From assembly GCA_041687435.1 (NCBI GenBank), contig JAWLBX010000015.1, positions 5,860 to 69,859 of the forward strand: 64,000 nucleotides of DNA, written 5' to 3'. The notes beneath the pieces are model-generated. The model did not search any database, was not told the DNA's origin, and saw only the letters and a list, made by a program, of their open reading frames with translations. A program made the position numbers and the translations under genes. This DNA is from Alphaproteobacteria bacterium. GTDB lineage: Bacteria; Pseudomonadota; Alphaproteobacteria; Bin95. Positions 55,605 through 64,000 of the stretch are shown one piece after another; positions within the stretch are counted from its first letter, which is position 1; every line of letters starts with the position of its first letter.

Positions 55605-57463
55605 CGCCGCTGCTTGAGGTCGAAAATCTCTGCATCGACTTCAACCTGGCCAGCGGCCCGATGCGGGCTGTGGATGGCCTCAGCTTCCGCGTGCCTGCCT
55701 GCCGCACCGTCGCGCTGGTTGGCGAAAGCGGCTCCGGCAAGTCGGTCACGGCGCAGGCGATCATGGGCATTTTGCCGAGAGTCGCATCCATCACCAGCGG
55801 CGCCATCCGGTTCCGCGATCCCGACGGCGATGGAACGATGATCGACCTGGCCCAACTGGCGCCGAACAGCGCCGCCTTCCGCAATCTGCGCGGCGGCCGC
55901 ATCGCCATCATATTTCAGGAGCCGATGACCTCGCTCTCGCCGGTGCACACCATAGGCAACCAGATCGGCGAAGCCCTGGAACTGCACCGCGGCATCTCCA
56001 GCCGCGAGGCACGGGCCGAAACCGCCGAAATGCTGAGCCTTGTCGGCTTTCCCGACCCGAAACGCGCGGTTGACAGCTACCCTTTTGAACTGTCCGGTGG
56101 CCTGCGCCAGCGGGCCATGATCGCCATGGCGCTGGTCTGCCAGCCGGCCCTGCTGATCGCCGACGAACCGACCACGGCGCTGGACGTTACCATCCAGGCG
56201 CAAATCCTGAAGCTGCTGAAAGACCTGCAGGGCCGCTTCGAGATGGCTGTTCTGATCATCACCCACGATCTGGGCGTGGTCGCCAACGTCGCGGACGAGG
56301 TGGTGGTGCTCTACCATGGCAAGCTGATGGAATCCGGCCCGGTGGAGGAGATTTTCCGCAATCCCGGCCATCCCTACCTGAAAGCGCTGCTGCACGCCGT
56401 CCCTCGCTTTCACATGGAGCCCGGCGAACGGCTGGTGCCCCTGCGGGAGGTGGAGGCGTCAAGCGGCACGCTGTTGGCGCCCAGGCCGCCGCTGGCAGGG
56501 GCCGAGCCGATTCTTTCGGTCCGGAACCTTTCCAAATCGTTCGGCCAGCGCAAACGGGGCCTGTTCGGCGGCAGCGCAGCGGAGCGGGTGCAGGCAGTGC
56601 GCGACGTTTCCTTCACCATCGCGCCGGGGGAGTGCCTGGGGCTGGTGGGGGAAAGCGGCTGCGGCAAGTCTACCGCCTCCAAAATCATCATGCGGGCGGT
56701 CCAGCCGGATACGGGCAGCATCACGCTGCGCACGGAAGACGGCCCGCTCGACGTTCTGTCGGCGGAAGGCCGCGACCTGATGCGCCTGCGCAGCCGCTTG
56801 CAATATATTTTTCAGGATCCTTTCAGCGCCCTCAACCCCCGCATGACGGTGTTCGACATCGTCAGTGAGCCGTTGGTCATCCATGGCATCGGTACGCCGC
56901 AGGAACGGCGCGCTTTCGTCATTGAACTGATGCAGCGGGTCGGCCTCGATCCCCGCTACCTGAACCGGTATCCCCACAGCTTTTCCGGCGGGCAGCGCCA
57001 GCGCATCGGCATTGCCCGGGCGCTCGCCCTGCGTCCGCAGGTGCTGATCTGCGACGAGCCGGTTTCCGCCCTGGACGTATCGGTACAGGCGCAGATTCTG
57101 AACCTGCTGAAAGACCTGCAACGCGAGCTCGGTCTGACCTATCTCTTCATCTCCCACAATCTGGCGGTGGTGGACTATATGGCCGACCGCATCGCGGTAA
57201 TGTGCGCCGGACGTCTGGTGGAACTGGCGCCGCGCACCGCTCTGTTCCGCGCACCTATGCATCCCTACACCCAGGCGCTGCTGACGGCGGTGCCAGAGCC
57301 AAGCCTGGACCATCCGCTAGACTTCAACCGGGTGATGGACGAACGCAGCTCCGACCCGGCGGCATGGCCGGCCCCCTATGCCGATGCCGACGGCAGCGCC
57401 GTGCTGACCGAGGTCGAACCCGGCCATTTCGTCCGCCGCTCCGCAGTTGCGGCTGCGGCATAG
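55601..57463 (+). CDS. ABC transporter ATP-binding protein with duplicated ATPase domains (DppD/DppF-like fusion)
   Basis: Two complete NBDs (Walker A GESGSGKS and GESGCGKS, two LSGGxRQR signatures, two Walker B motifs) plus oligopeptide-type C-terminal extensions. Confidence 0.9.
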   Translation: MTPLLEVENLCIDFNLASGPMRAVDGLSFRVPACRTVALVGESGSGKSVTAQAIMGILPRVASITSGAIRFRDPDGDGTMIDLAQLAPNSAAFRNLRGGRIAIIFQEPMTSLSPVHTIGNQIGEALELHRGISSREARAETAEMLSLVGFPDPKRAVDSYPFELSGGLRQRAMIAMALVCQPALLIADEPTTALDVTIQAQILKLLKDLQGRFEMAVLIITHDLGVVANVADEVVVLYHGKLMESGPVEEIFRNPGHPYLKALLHAVPRFHMEPGERLVPLREVEASSGTLLAPRPPLAGAEPILSVRNLSKSFGQRKRGLFGGSAAERVQAVRDVSFTIAPGECLGLVGESGCGKSTASKIIMRAVQPDTGSITLRTEDGPLDVLSAEGRDLMRLRSRLQYIFQDPFSALNPRMTVFDIVSEPLVIHGIGTPQERRAFVIELMQRVGLDPRYLNRYPHSFSGGQRQRIGIARALALRPQVLICDEPVSALDVSVQAQILNLLKDLQRELGLTYLFISHNLAVVDYMADRIAVMCAGRLVELAPRTALFRAPMHPYTQALLTAVPEPSLDHPLDFNRVMDERSSDPAAWPAPYADADGSAVLTEVEPGHFVRRSAVAAAA

Positions 57464-57479
57464 AAGGAGGCGTCAAGTG

Positions 57480-59357
57480 ATGCGCATCGTCCTTCTGCTG
57501 CTGGCTTGGCTCAGCCTTGGCGCCGCCACCTTCATCGACCCCCCCTATTTTGCGGACGCAGTCAAAGCCGGCGACCTGCCGCCCGTGGCGGAACGGCTGC
57601 CGCAGGAACCGATGACCGAGCCATTCGCCGAACCGTTTGCCCGGCCCGGCCGGCACGGCGGTTCGCTCAACATCCTGATGGCCAGCGCCAAGGATGTCCG
57701 CCAGATGGTGGTCTACGGCTATGCCCGCCTCATCGGCTACAACCACGAACTGAAGCTGAAGCCCAATGTTCTGGAGCGCTACGAGGTGGAGGACGGCCGC
57801 ATCTTCACCCTTTACCTGCGCAAGGGCCATAGCTGGTCGGATGGCGCGCCGTTCACCTCGGAAGATTTCCGCTATTGGTGGGAGGACATGGCCAACAATC
57901 CGGAGCTTTCCCCCTCCGGCCCGCCGATCGAAATGCTGGTGGATGGCCAGCCGCCCGTGGTGGAGTACCTGGACGACACCACCATCCGCTACACATGGCC
58001 GAGCCCGAACCCCGCATTCGTTCCGGCGCTGGCCGGCGCGCGGCCGTTGGATATCTATGCGCCCAAGCATTATCTGAAAAAATACCACCCGCGGCATGCC
58101 GATCCGCAGAAATTGCAGGAACGGGTCGAGAAATCGAAACGGCGGAACTGGGCGTCCCTGCACAACCGCAAGGACAATGCCTACAAGAACGACAACCCCG
58201 ACCTGCCGACGCTTCAGCCCTGGCGCAACACAACCTACTCACCGGCAGAGCGTTTCGTGTTTCAGCGCAACCCCTATTACCATCGCGTTGATGGCGAAGG
58301 CCGGCAGCTGCCCTATCTGGACGAGGTCATCATAACCATCGCCTCCGCCGGCCTCATTCCGGCCAAGGCGGGCAGCGGCGAAAGCGACCTGCAGGCCCGC
58401 TATCTGCGCTTTGCCAACGTCTCGTTCCTGAAGCAGAACGAGGAGCGGCACGGCTTCAACACCCTGCTTTGGCGTACCGGGAAGGGCGCGGAACTGGCGC
58501 TGTATCCGAACCTCAATCATGAAGACCCAGCCTGGCGCAAACTGTTCCGCGATGCCCGTTTCCGCCGGGCTTTGTCGCTGGCCGTGAACCGGCACGAAAT
58601 TAACCAAGTCATTTATTACGGCTTCGCGCTGGAAGCCGGCAACGGCCTTCTGCCATCCAGCCCGCTCTATGACAAGGAGCGCGAGGCGCGGTGGACCCAG
58701 TTCGACCTGAAGCGGGCGAACGCCCTGCTCGACGAGATCGGCCTGAAACGCGGATCGGGCGGTATCCGCCAATTGCCGGACGGCAGGCCGCTCGAAATCA
58801 TCATCGAAACCGCCGGAGAGAGCACCGAACAGACCGATGCGCTGGAACTGATCCGCGATTCCTGGCTGGAAGCCGGCATCAAGATCTACACCAAGCCGCT
58901 GCAGCGCGAGGTGCTGCGCAACCGTGTGTTTGCCGGCAAGACCCAGATGGCAATCTGGTTCGGGCTCGAAAACGGCTTGGCCACGGCAGACATGTCGCCG
59001 GCGGAATTGGCGCCGACCAGCCAGCAGCAATTGCAATGGCCGCGCTGGGGACAGTACCGGGAGACCAAGGGCCAGTCCGGCGAACCCGTCGATATGGAAT
59101 TGCCGCAATACCTCTTGGACCTGTACCAGCGCTGGCGCGGCGCGCGGGATCACGATACCCGCGTGGCCATCTGGGGCGAGATTCTGGATATCTGGACCGA
59201 CCAGGTTTTCACCATCGGCCTGGCGGCCGGCGTGTTGCAGCCTGTGGTCGCGTCGGATCGCCTGCAGAACATCCCCGCCGAGGGCTTTTACAACTGGGAC
59301 CCCGGCGCTCAATTCGGCTGTTACCGGCCGGACCGCTTTTGGCTGACGCCGCAATAA
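57480..59357 (+). CDS. ABC transporter substrate-binding protein, family 5 (peptide/nickel/opine type)
   Basis: Signal peptide (MRIVLLLLAWLSLGAA) and an SBP_bac_5-type architecture. AAGGAGG RBS upstream. Confidence 0.85.
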   Translation: MRIVLLLLAWLSLGAATFIDPPYFADAVKAGDLPPVAERLPQEPMTEPFAEPFARPGRHGGSLNILMASAKDVRQMVVYGYARLIGYNHELKLKPNVLERYEVEDGRIFTLYLRKGHSWSDGAPFTSEDFRYWWEDMANNPELSPSGPPIEMLVDGQPPVVEYLDDTTIRYTWPSPNPAFVPALAGARPLDIYAPKHYLKKYHPRHADPQKLQERVEKSKRRNWASLHNRKDNAYKNDNPDLPTLQPWRNTTYSPAERFVFQRNPYYHRVDGEGRQLPYLDEVIITIASAGLIPAKAGSGESDLQARYLRFANVSFLKQNEERHGFNTLLWRTGKGAELALYPNLNHEDPAWRKLFRDARFRRALSLAVNRHEINQVIYYGFALEAGNGLLPSSPLYDKEREARWTQFDLKRANALLDEIGLKRGSGGIRQLPDGRPLEIIIETAGESTEQTDALELIRDSWLEAGIKIYTKPLQREVLRNRVFAGKTQMAIWFGLENGLATADMSPAELAPTSQQQLQWPRWGQYRETKGQSGEPVDMELPQYLLDLYQRWRGARDHDTRVAIWGEILDIWTDQVFTIGLAAGVLQPVVASDRLQNIPAEGFYNWDPGAQFGCYRPDRFWLTPQ

Positions 59358-59400
59358 GGACAATGGCGATGCGCGCGACGACAGGCCGGCAGGCCCGCCA

Positions 59401-60399
59401 ATGCTGACCTACATGGCCCGCCGCATCCTGGTGATGATTCCGACGCTGCTGGCGATCAGCATGCTGGTGTTCATCATCATTCAACTGCCGCCTGGCGATT
59501 ATCTCACCACCTACATGGCTGAACTGGAGGCCCAGGGCGAGGCCGTCGATCCCGGCAAGATCGAATTCCTGCGCCAGCAATACGGCCTCGACAAACCCTA
59601 TTGGGAGCAATACCTGCTGTGGCTCGGCGGCATGCTGACCGGCGATTTCGGCTATTCCTTCGCCTATGACCTGCCGGTGAGCGATGTGGTGGGCGACCGG
59701 TTGTATCTCAGCTTCCTGCTGTCGTTCTCCACCATCATCTTCACATGGGTGGTGGCCTTCCCCATCGGCATTTATTCCGCCACCAATCAGTACAGTTGGG
59801 GCGACCATGGCCTGACATTCATCGGTTTTCTGGGGCTGGCAACGCCGAACTTCCTGCTGGCATTGGTGATGCTCTATTTTGGCAAGGTCTGGTTCGGCAC
59901 CTCCATCGGCGGACTGATGGACCCGGAATATCTCAACCAGCCGATGTCCTGGGCCAAATTCCTAAGCGTGCTGGAGCACCTGTGGGTGCCGGTGGTGGTG
60001 ATCGGCACGTCCGGAACCGCAGGAATGATCCGGCGCTTACGGGCCAACCTGCTGGACGAGTTGCAGAAACAGTATGTCGTGACGGCGCGGGCCAAGGGGC
60101 TTAGTCCGTTCAAGGTATTGACCAAATACCCGCTGCGCATGGCGCTGAACCCGTTCATTGCCGACATTGGCAACCTGCTGCCGCAGGTGGTTTCCGGCGC
60201 GGCGATCGTCTCGCTGGTGCTCTCCCTGCCGACAACCGGACCGATGCTGATCGAGGCGCTGAGGGCGCAGGATATGTACCTGGCCGGGTCGTTCCTCATG
60301 TTTTTGGCGGCGCTCACCGTCGTCGGCGTACTGATTTCCGACCTGGCACTGGCTGCGCTTGACCCGCGCATCCGCCTGGGCGGAGGGACGGAGCAATGA
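59401..60399 (+). CDS. ABC transporter permease (DppB/OppB-like)
   Basis: 332-aa 6-TM protein with the ABC-permease EAA loop (…AKGLSP…). Confidence 0.85.
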   Translation: MLTYMARRILVMIPTLLAISMLVFIIIQLPPGDYLTTYMAELEAQGEAVDPGKIEFLRQQYGLDKPYWEQYLLWLGGMLTGDFGYSFAYDLPVSDVVGDRLYLSFLLSFSTIIFTWVVAFPIGIYSATNQYSWGDHGLTFIGFLGLATPNFLLALVMLYFGKVWFGTSIGGLMDPEYLNQPMSWAKFLSVLEHLWVPVVVIGTSGTAGMIRRLRANLLDELQKQYVVTARAKGLSPFKVLTKYPLRMALNPFIADIGNLLPQVVSGAAIVSLVLSLPTTGPMLIEALRAQDMYLAGSFLMFLAALTVVGVLISDLALAALDPRIRLGGGTEQ

Positions 60400-61580
60400 C
60401 CCCTCCCCCCCGCAATTCCGAAGAGGAAAAACTGCCGCACACGGTCTCCGAAGCGCCATTCGACCCCTATTCGGTCGAGGCCGTGACGCCGGAACAGGAA
60501 CGCTATTATCTGGCCACCCAGTGGCAACTGATGTGGTGGAAGTTAAAGCGGCACAAGCTCGCGGTCTGGTCCGGCGTGTTCCTGATCGTCATGTACGCCA
60601 CCATCCTGATGAGCGAACTGCTTGCCCCCTATGCGCTGCAAACCCGCAACACCGACTTCCTGTATCACCCGCCGCAAGCGGTTCACTGGTTCCATGAGGG
60701 TGAATTCATCGGCCCCTTCGTCTACAGAAGCGTCGGCGAGTTCGACCTCAAGGACTTCCAATGGAAATACACGGAGGATGCGAGCCAGCCGCAGCCAATC
60801 CGGTTTTTCTGCCTGGGCGACAGCTATCGCTATTTCGGCATGATCGAGGGTCGGTTTCATCTGTTCTGTCCAGCCGAAGGCGGCGAACTGTTCCTGTTGG
60901 GTACGGATCGGCTGGGCCGCGACGTGCTCTCGCGCATGATCTATGGTGCCCGCATCTCCCTGACGGTTGGCCTGTTCGGTATCACCATTTCGTTCCTGAT
61001 CGGCATCATCGTCGGCGGTCTTGCCGGGTATTATGGCGGCTGGGTCGACAGCCTGACGCAACGGATGATCGAGGTGGTACGATCGTTTCCGGAATTACCC
61101 TTGTGGATGGCGCTGTCCGCCGCCCTCCCGGTGACCTGGAGCCCGATTGTCATCTATTTCGGCATCACCATCATTCTGGGCCTGCTCGATTGGACCGGCC
61201 TCGCCCGCGCCGTACGCTCCAAACTGCTGGCACTGCGGGAGGAAGATTTCACCACTGCCGCAGTGCTCTTAGGCGCACGGCCCACGCGGGTCATCGGCCG
61301 CCACCTGATTCCCAACTTCATGAGCCACCTGATCGCTTCCGCCACCCTGTCCATCCCCAGCATGATTCTGGGCGAAACGGCCCTCAGCTTCCTCGGGCTG
61401 GGACTGCGTCCGCCGATCACCAGTTGGGGCGTGCTTTTGGTGGAGGCGCAGAACATTAACGTGGTAGCGCTCTACCCGTGGCTGATGCTGCCGGTGGTGC
61501 CGGTGATTCTGACGATCCTTGCGTTCAACTTTCTGGGCGATGGGCTGCGGGATGCGGCAGACCCTTACAAAAACAGTTAA
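60396..61580 (+). CDS. ABC transporter permease (DppC/OppC-like)
   Basis: 394 aa with an N-terminal extension and the DppC-type region ('GTDRLGRDVLSRMIYGARISL'). 4-nt overlap with the preceding permease. Confidence 0.85.
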   Translation: MTPPPRNSEEEKLPHTVSEAPFDPYSVEAVTPEQERYYLATQWQLMWWKLKRHKLAVWSGVFLIVMYATILMSELLAPYALQTRNTDFLYHPPQAVHWFHEGEFIGPFVYRSVGEFDLKDFQWKYTEDASQPQPIRFFCLGDSYRYFGMIEGRFHLFCPAEGGELFLLGTDRLGRDVLSRMIYGARISLTVGLFGITISFLIGIIVGGLAGYYGGWVDSLTQRMIEVVRSFPELPLWMALSAALPVTWSPIVIYFGITIILGLLDWTGLARAVRSKLLALREEDFTTAAVLLGARPTRVIGRHLIPNFMSHLIASATLSIPSMILGETALSFLGLGLRPPITSWGVLLVEAQNINVVALYPWLMLPVVPVILTILAFNFLGDGLRDAADPYKNS

Positions 61581-61714
61581 CCCAGGCGGGTAAAGCCGCA
61601 TCGGCATTGCTCGCAATTGCGTTTTGACATGTGCCGGCGTAGCTTTGTGGCTGGCGAGCAATTCGGCTGTGCCACCCAACATTCACCCTGTCGCTGCGGC
61701 GGAGGAGATCATAA

Positions 61715-62218
61715 ATGCGGTTTTTAATGGCTCTGGCCTTGGGCCTTTTCGTTGCGGCATGCAGCACCAGCCAACAAGCCGGCACCGATGCCAGCGGCAC
61801 CGGAACCACCGGCACCGGCACCACCGGTCAGGTCACCGGCCCTGCCCCCGGCACCCAGGCTGAGTTGAACCAGACCATCGGCGATCGCGTGTTCTTCGAC
61901 TTCGACCGCTACAACATCCGCTCGGATATGCAGGGCACAGTCGCAGCTTGGGCGCAGTGGATGCGGAACAACCCCGGCGTTTCGATCCTGGTCGAAGGCC
62001 ATGCTGACGAGCGCGGCACCCGTGACTATAACTATGCGCTAGGAGCCCGCCGTTCGCATGAGGTGAAGGTGGCGCTGGTGGCAATGGGGATCGATGGCAG
62101 CCGCATCGAAACCACCACCTTTGGCAAGGATCGCCCGGCCGTAATGGGCTCGAACGAAGCCGCCTGGGCCAAAAACCGCCGCGCCGTCGTCGTGGTCACC
62201 CAGGGACCAAGTGCCTAA
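61715..62218 (+). CDS. pal: peptidoglycan-associated lipoprotein
   Basis: Lipobox LFVAAC. OmpA-domain motifs 'VFFDFDRYNIR' and 'EGHADERGTRDYNYALGARR'. Immediately followed by a TPR-like ORF and tilS, as at the end of alphaproteobacterial tol-pal clusters. Confidence 0.85.
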   Translation: MRFLMALALGLFVAACSTSQQAGTDASGTGTTGTGTTGQVTGPAPGTQAELNQTIGDRVFFDFDRYNIRSDMQGTVAAWAQWMRNNPGVSILVEGHADERGTRDYNYALGARRSHEVKVALVAMGIDGSRIETTTFGKDRPAVMGSNEAAWAKNRRAVVVVTQGPSA

Positions 62219-62221
62219 CCC

Positions 62222-62659
62222 ATGCAGTTACCTAAAGCCGCGCTCGCAGGCCTTCTGGCGATACTGATACCGGCTTCAGCCGGTGCGGTATCGGCAGAGG
62301 AATTGCGGGCGCCGCTTTTGCGTGGCGAATTCGACGAGGCCACGTTTGCGCCCGCCGGCGCCGGCCAACCCGCACCGCGGGATACGGCAGCGGGCAGTTA
62401 CTATCTTGGCCTCGCCGCCTTTGCCCGGCAGGACTATCCTGCCGCCATCTCTACTCTGGCGACAGTCGCCGAGCAGCACAGCGGCAAGCCCGTCGGTCTG
62501 CGGGCGGCAGTTGCCGCCACGCTAGCCCTCTCCCGCAATGGCGATAACGCCAACGCCTGCCAGTATGCCAGCGTCGTATTGCCGTTGACCGGCAGTCTCT
62601 CGCCGATCTGGCGTGTGTGGGTGGAAGAAGCGCAGCGCAGCAGCGGGTGCGCCGAATAG
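62222..62659 (+). CDS. signal-peptide-bearing TPR-like protein (short CpoB/YbgF-like?)
   Basis: 145 aa with a signal peptide and one TPR-like helix pair ('SYYLGLAAFARQDYPAAISTLATVAE'). Much shorter than canonical CpoB. Confidence 0.4.
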   Translation: MQLPKAALAGLLAILIPASAGAVSAEELRAPLLRGEFDEATFAPAGAGQPAPRDTAAGSYYLGLAAFARQDYPAAISTLATVAEQHSGKPVGLRAAVAATLALSRNGDNANACQYASVVLPLTGSLSPIWRVWVEEAQRSSGCAE

Positions 62660-63846
62660 CGGTGAGAGTTGCTGTTGCCGTCTCGGGCGGCGCTGACAGC
62701 ACCGCCCTTTTGCTCCTCGCCGCACGGACCTTCCGTCCCGAAACGATTGTCGCGCTGGCTGTCGATCACCAGACGCGCGAGGCAAGCGGCCAAGAGCGGG
62801 GCTATGCCGCCCTGCTGGCCGGTCGGCTAGGGGTGCATTTCCACGTTCTGCGCGCCTCGCCCCAAGGATACGGGCACGCCCACTGGCGCGCCGCCCGGCT
62901 CGCCGCCCTGACCGGATACTGCCGGGAGGCAGGGGTGCCCGTTCTCTGGCTTGGTCAGCATGCCGATGATGCCATTGAAACTGCAGCCATCCGCCTGCTC
63001 GCCCGCGGGCCATTGGAAAGCCTCGCCGGTATCACCGCGATACGGCAGGCCGATGGCGTCCGCATTGAACGGCCCCTGCTGGGCCGCTCGGCCCGACAAC
63101 TGCGCCGCGATCTGATGGCGGCCGGCACCGGCTGGACCGAAGACCCCTCCAACCGCAATCCCGCTTACAAACGTGCCGCGGTCCGTGCCGCTTTGACAGC
63201 CATGCCGGAACGCCGGCCCGCGAACGCCAAGCGGATCCGGCGAATTGCGGAATGGCGGATCAGGCAGGAACACGCCGCGGCCGCGGCCTGGGGCCTTGTG
63301 GCCCGGCAATCGCCGCTGGGCGCGGTGACGTTGAACGCCGCTGGCATTGCCGTGCTGCCCAGCGGATTGCGCGCCTACCTGCTACGCCGCGCAGCTCTGG
63401 CCGTCACCGGGAATCCGGACCGGCTGCGCAACGTGGATTTTGCCGCCATGGCACGCTTGAGCGGGCCAGCATCCCTCGGCGGCGCGCGCTTGATCCGCGA
63501 GGCCGGGCAATGGTGGATCTGCCGCACGGCCGACGCCATCGCGGCGCCGGTGCCGCTGCAGATGGCGATGGTTTGGGACAAGCGCTGCCGCATCACCGTC
63601 TCCGCACCCTTGCCACCCGGCGACTGGTCCATCGTGCCGGTCAAAGGCCAGCGTGTCGGCGCAATGGCCCGGCTGGCACCGGCGCCGGTGCTGGCGGCCT
63701 TGCCTGCGATAGTAGAGGCCGGCCGTATCGTCGCCATCCCGCATCTGAACATCTGGCGCGGCCGTTTCGGCCCGTTCTGGGCAGAGCATTTACACTGCAC
63801 CTGGACAGCGGCAGCCGAGCCGGCGATATTTCAGCTTGTGCCGTAG
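62644..63846 (+). CDS. tilS: tRNA(Ile)-lysidine synthetase
   Basis: PP-loop 'VAVAVSGGADS' near the N-terminus. The start codon is uncertain: GTG at 62644 or 62659 (the ORF-finder frame opens at 62617). It lies between pal and ftsH, as is typical. Confidence 0.75.
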   Translation, partial: RVRRIAVRVAVAVSGGADSTALLLLAARTFRPETIVALAVDHQTREASGQERGYAALLAGRLGVHFHVLRASPQGYGHAHWRAARLAALTGYCREAGVPVLWLGQHADDAIETAAIRLLARGPLESLAGITAIRQADGVRIERPLLGRSARQLRRDLMAAGTGWTEDPSNRNPAYKRAAVRAALTAMPERRPANAKRIRRIAEWRIRQEHAAAAAWGLVARQSPLGAVTLNAAGIAVLPSGLRAYLLRRAALAVTGNPDRLRNVDFAAMARLSGPASLGGARLIREAGQWWICRTADAIAAPVPLQMAMVWDKRCRITVSAPLPPGDWSIVPVKGQRVGAMARLAPAPVLAALPAIVEAGRIVAIPHLNIWRGRFGPFWAEHLHCTWTAAAEPAIFQLVP

Positions 63847-63937
63847 CGATGGCATCTTATCTGTTTCCTTGCTACACATGGGCGCTCGAATTGCGCAGTC
63901 CGTCCACCTGTAGGGGTGGACCTTTCTGGGATATCCG

Positions 63938-64000
63938 ATGCGAAATATCGTCGTTTGGCTAATTATCTTTGTCCTTCTGGTCGCACTCTTCAATGCGTTC
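63938..64000 (+). CDS. ftsH: ATP-dependent zinc metalloprotease FtsH (5' partial, continues beyond window)
   Basis: ATG followed by 'MRNIVVWLIIFVLLVALFNAF', the conserved FtsH N-terminal TM1. Truncated by the window end. Confidence 0.55.
   Translation, partial: MRNIVVWLIIFVLLVALFNAF

Overview
This is a high-GC (~65%) proteobacterial chromosomal segment, probably alphaproteobacterial. Most of it is densely packed metabolic and transport genes. The recognisable genes are listed in the features array; the anchors are a liv-type branched-chain amino acid ABC transporter at the 5' end, tRNA-Pro(TGG), purD and xseA in the middle, and a peptide-type ABC transporter plus the end of a tol-pal region (pal, a TPR-like ORF, tilS, and the 5' end of ftsH) at the 3' end. 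Accessory-looking content is scattered between these. The most notable is at 29.7-34.4 kb: two tandem same-strand RiPP operons of the bufferin kind, each a Sec-signal, Cys-rich precursor followed by a DUF692 enzyme of the multinuclear non-heme iron oxidase (MNIO) type and a DUF2063 partner. One of them carries a DoxX membrane protein. The precursors match the 4-Cys DUF2282 class and the 6-Cys class respectively. Other points of interest: four tandem TAXI-family TRAP solute-binding paralogs, each with its own promoter and terminator and no TRAP permease nearby. Next to tRNA-Pro there is a yeast-type cytosine deaminase translationally coupled to an AT-rich small membrane protein. There are two AT-rich islets (27.0-27.9 kb non-coding; 40.9-41.6 kb with a HEPN-like ORF). 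Finally, an ABC exporter-like protein has a degenerate, internally triplicated NBD and sits in an operon with a cNMP-binding protein. No CRISPR array, integrase or transposase was seen. All domain assignments are from motif recognition by eye, not database searches.
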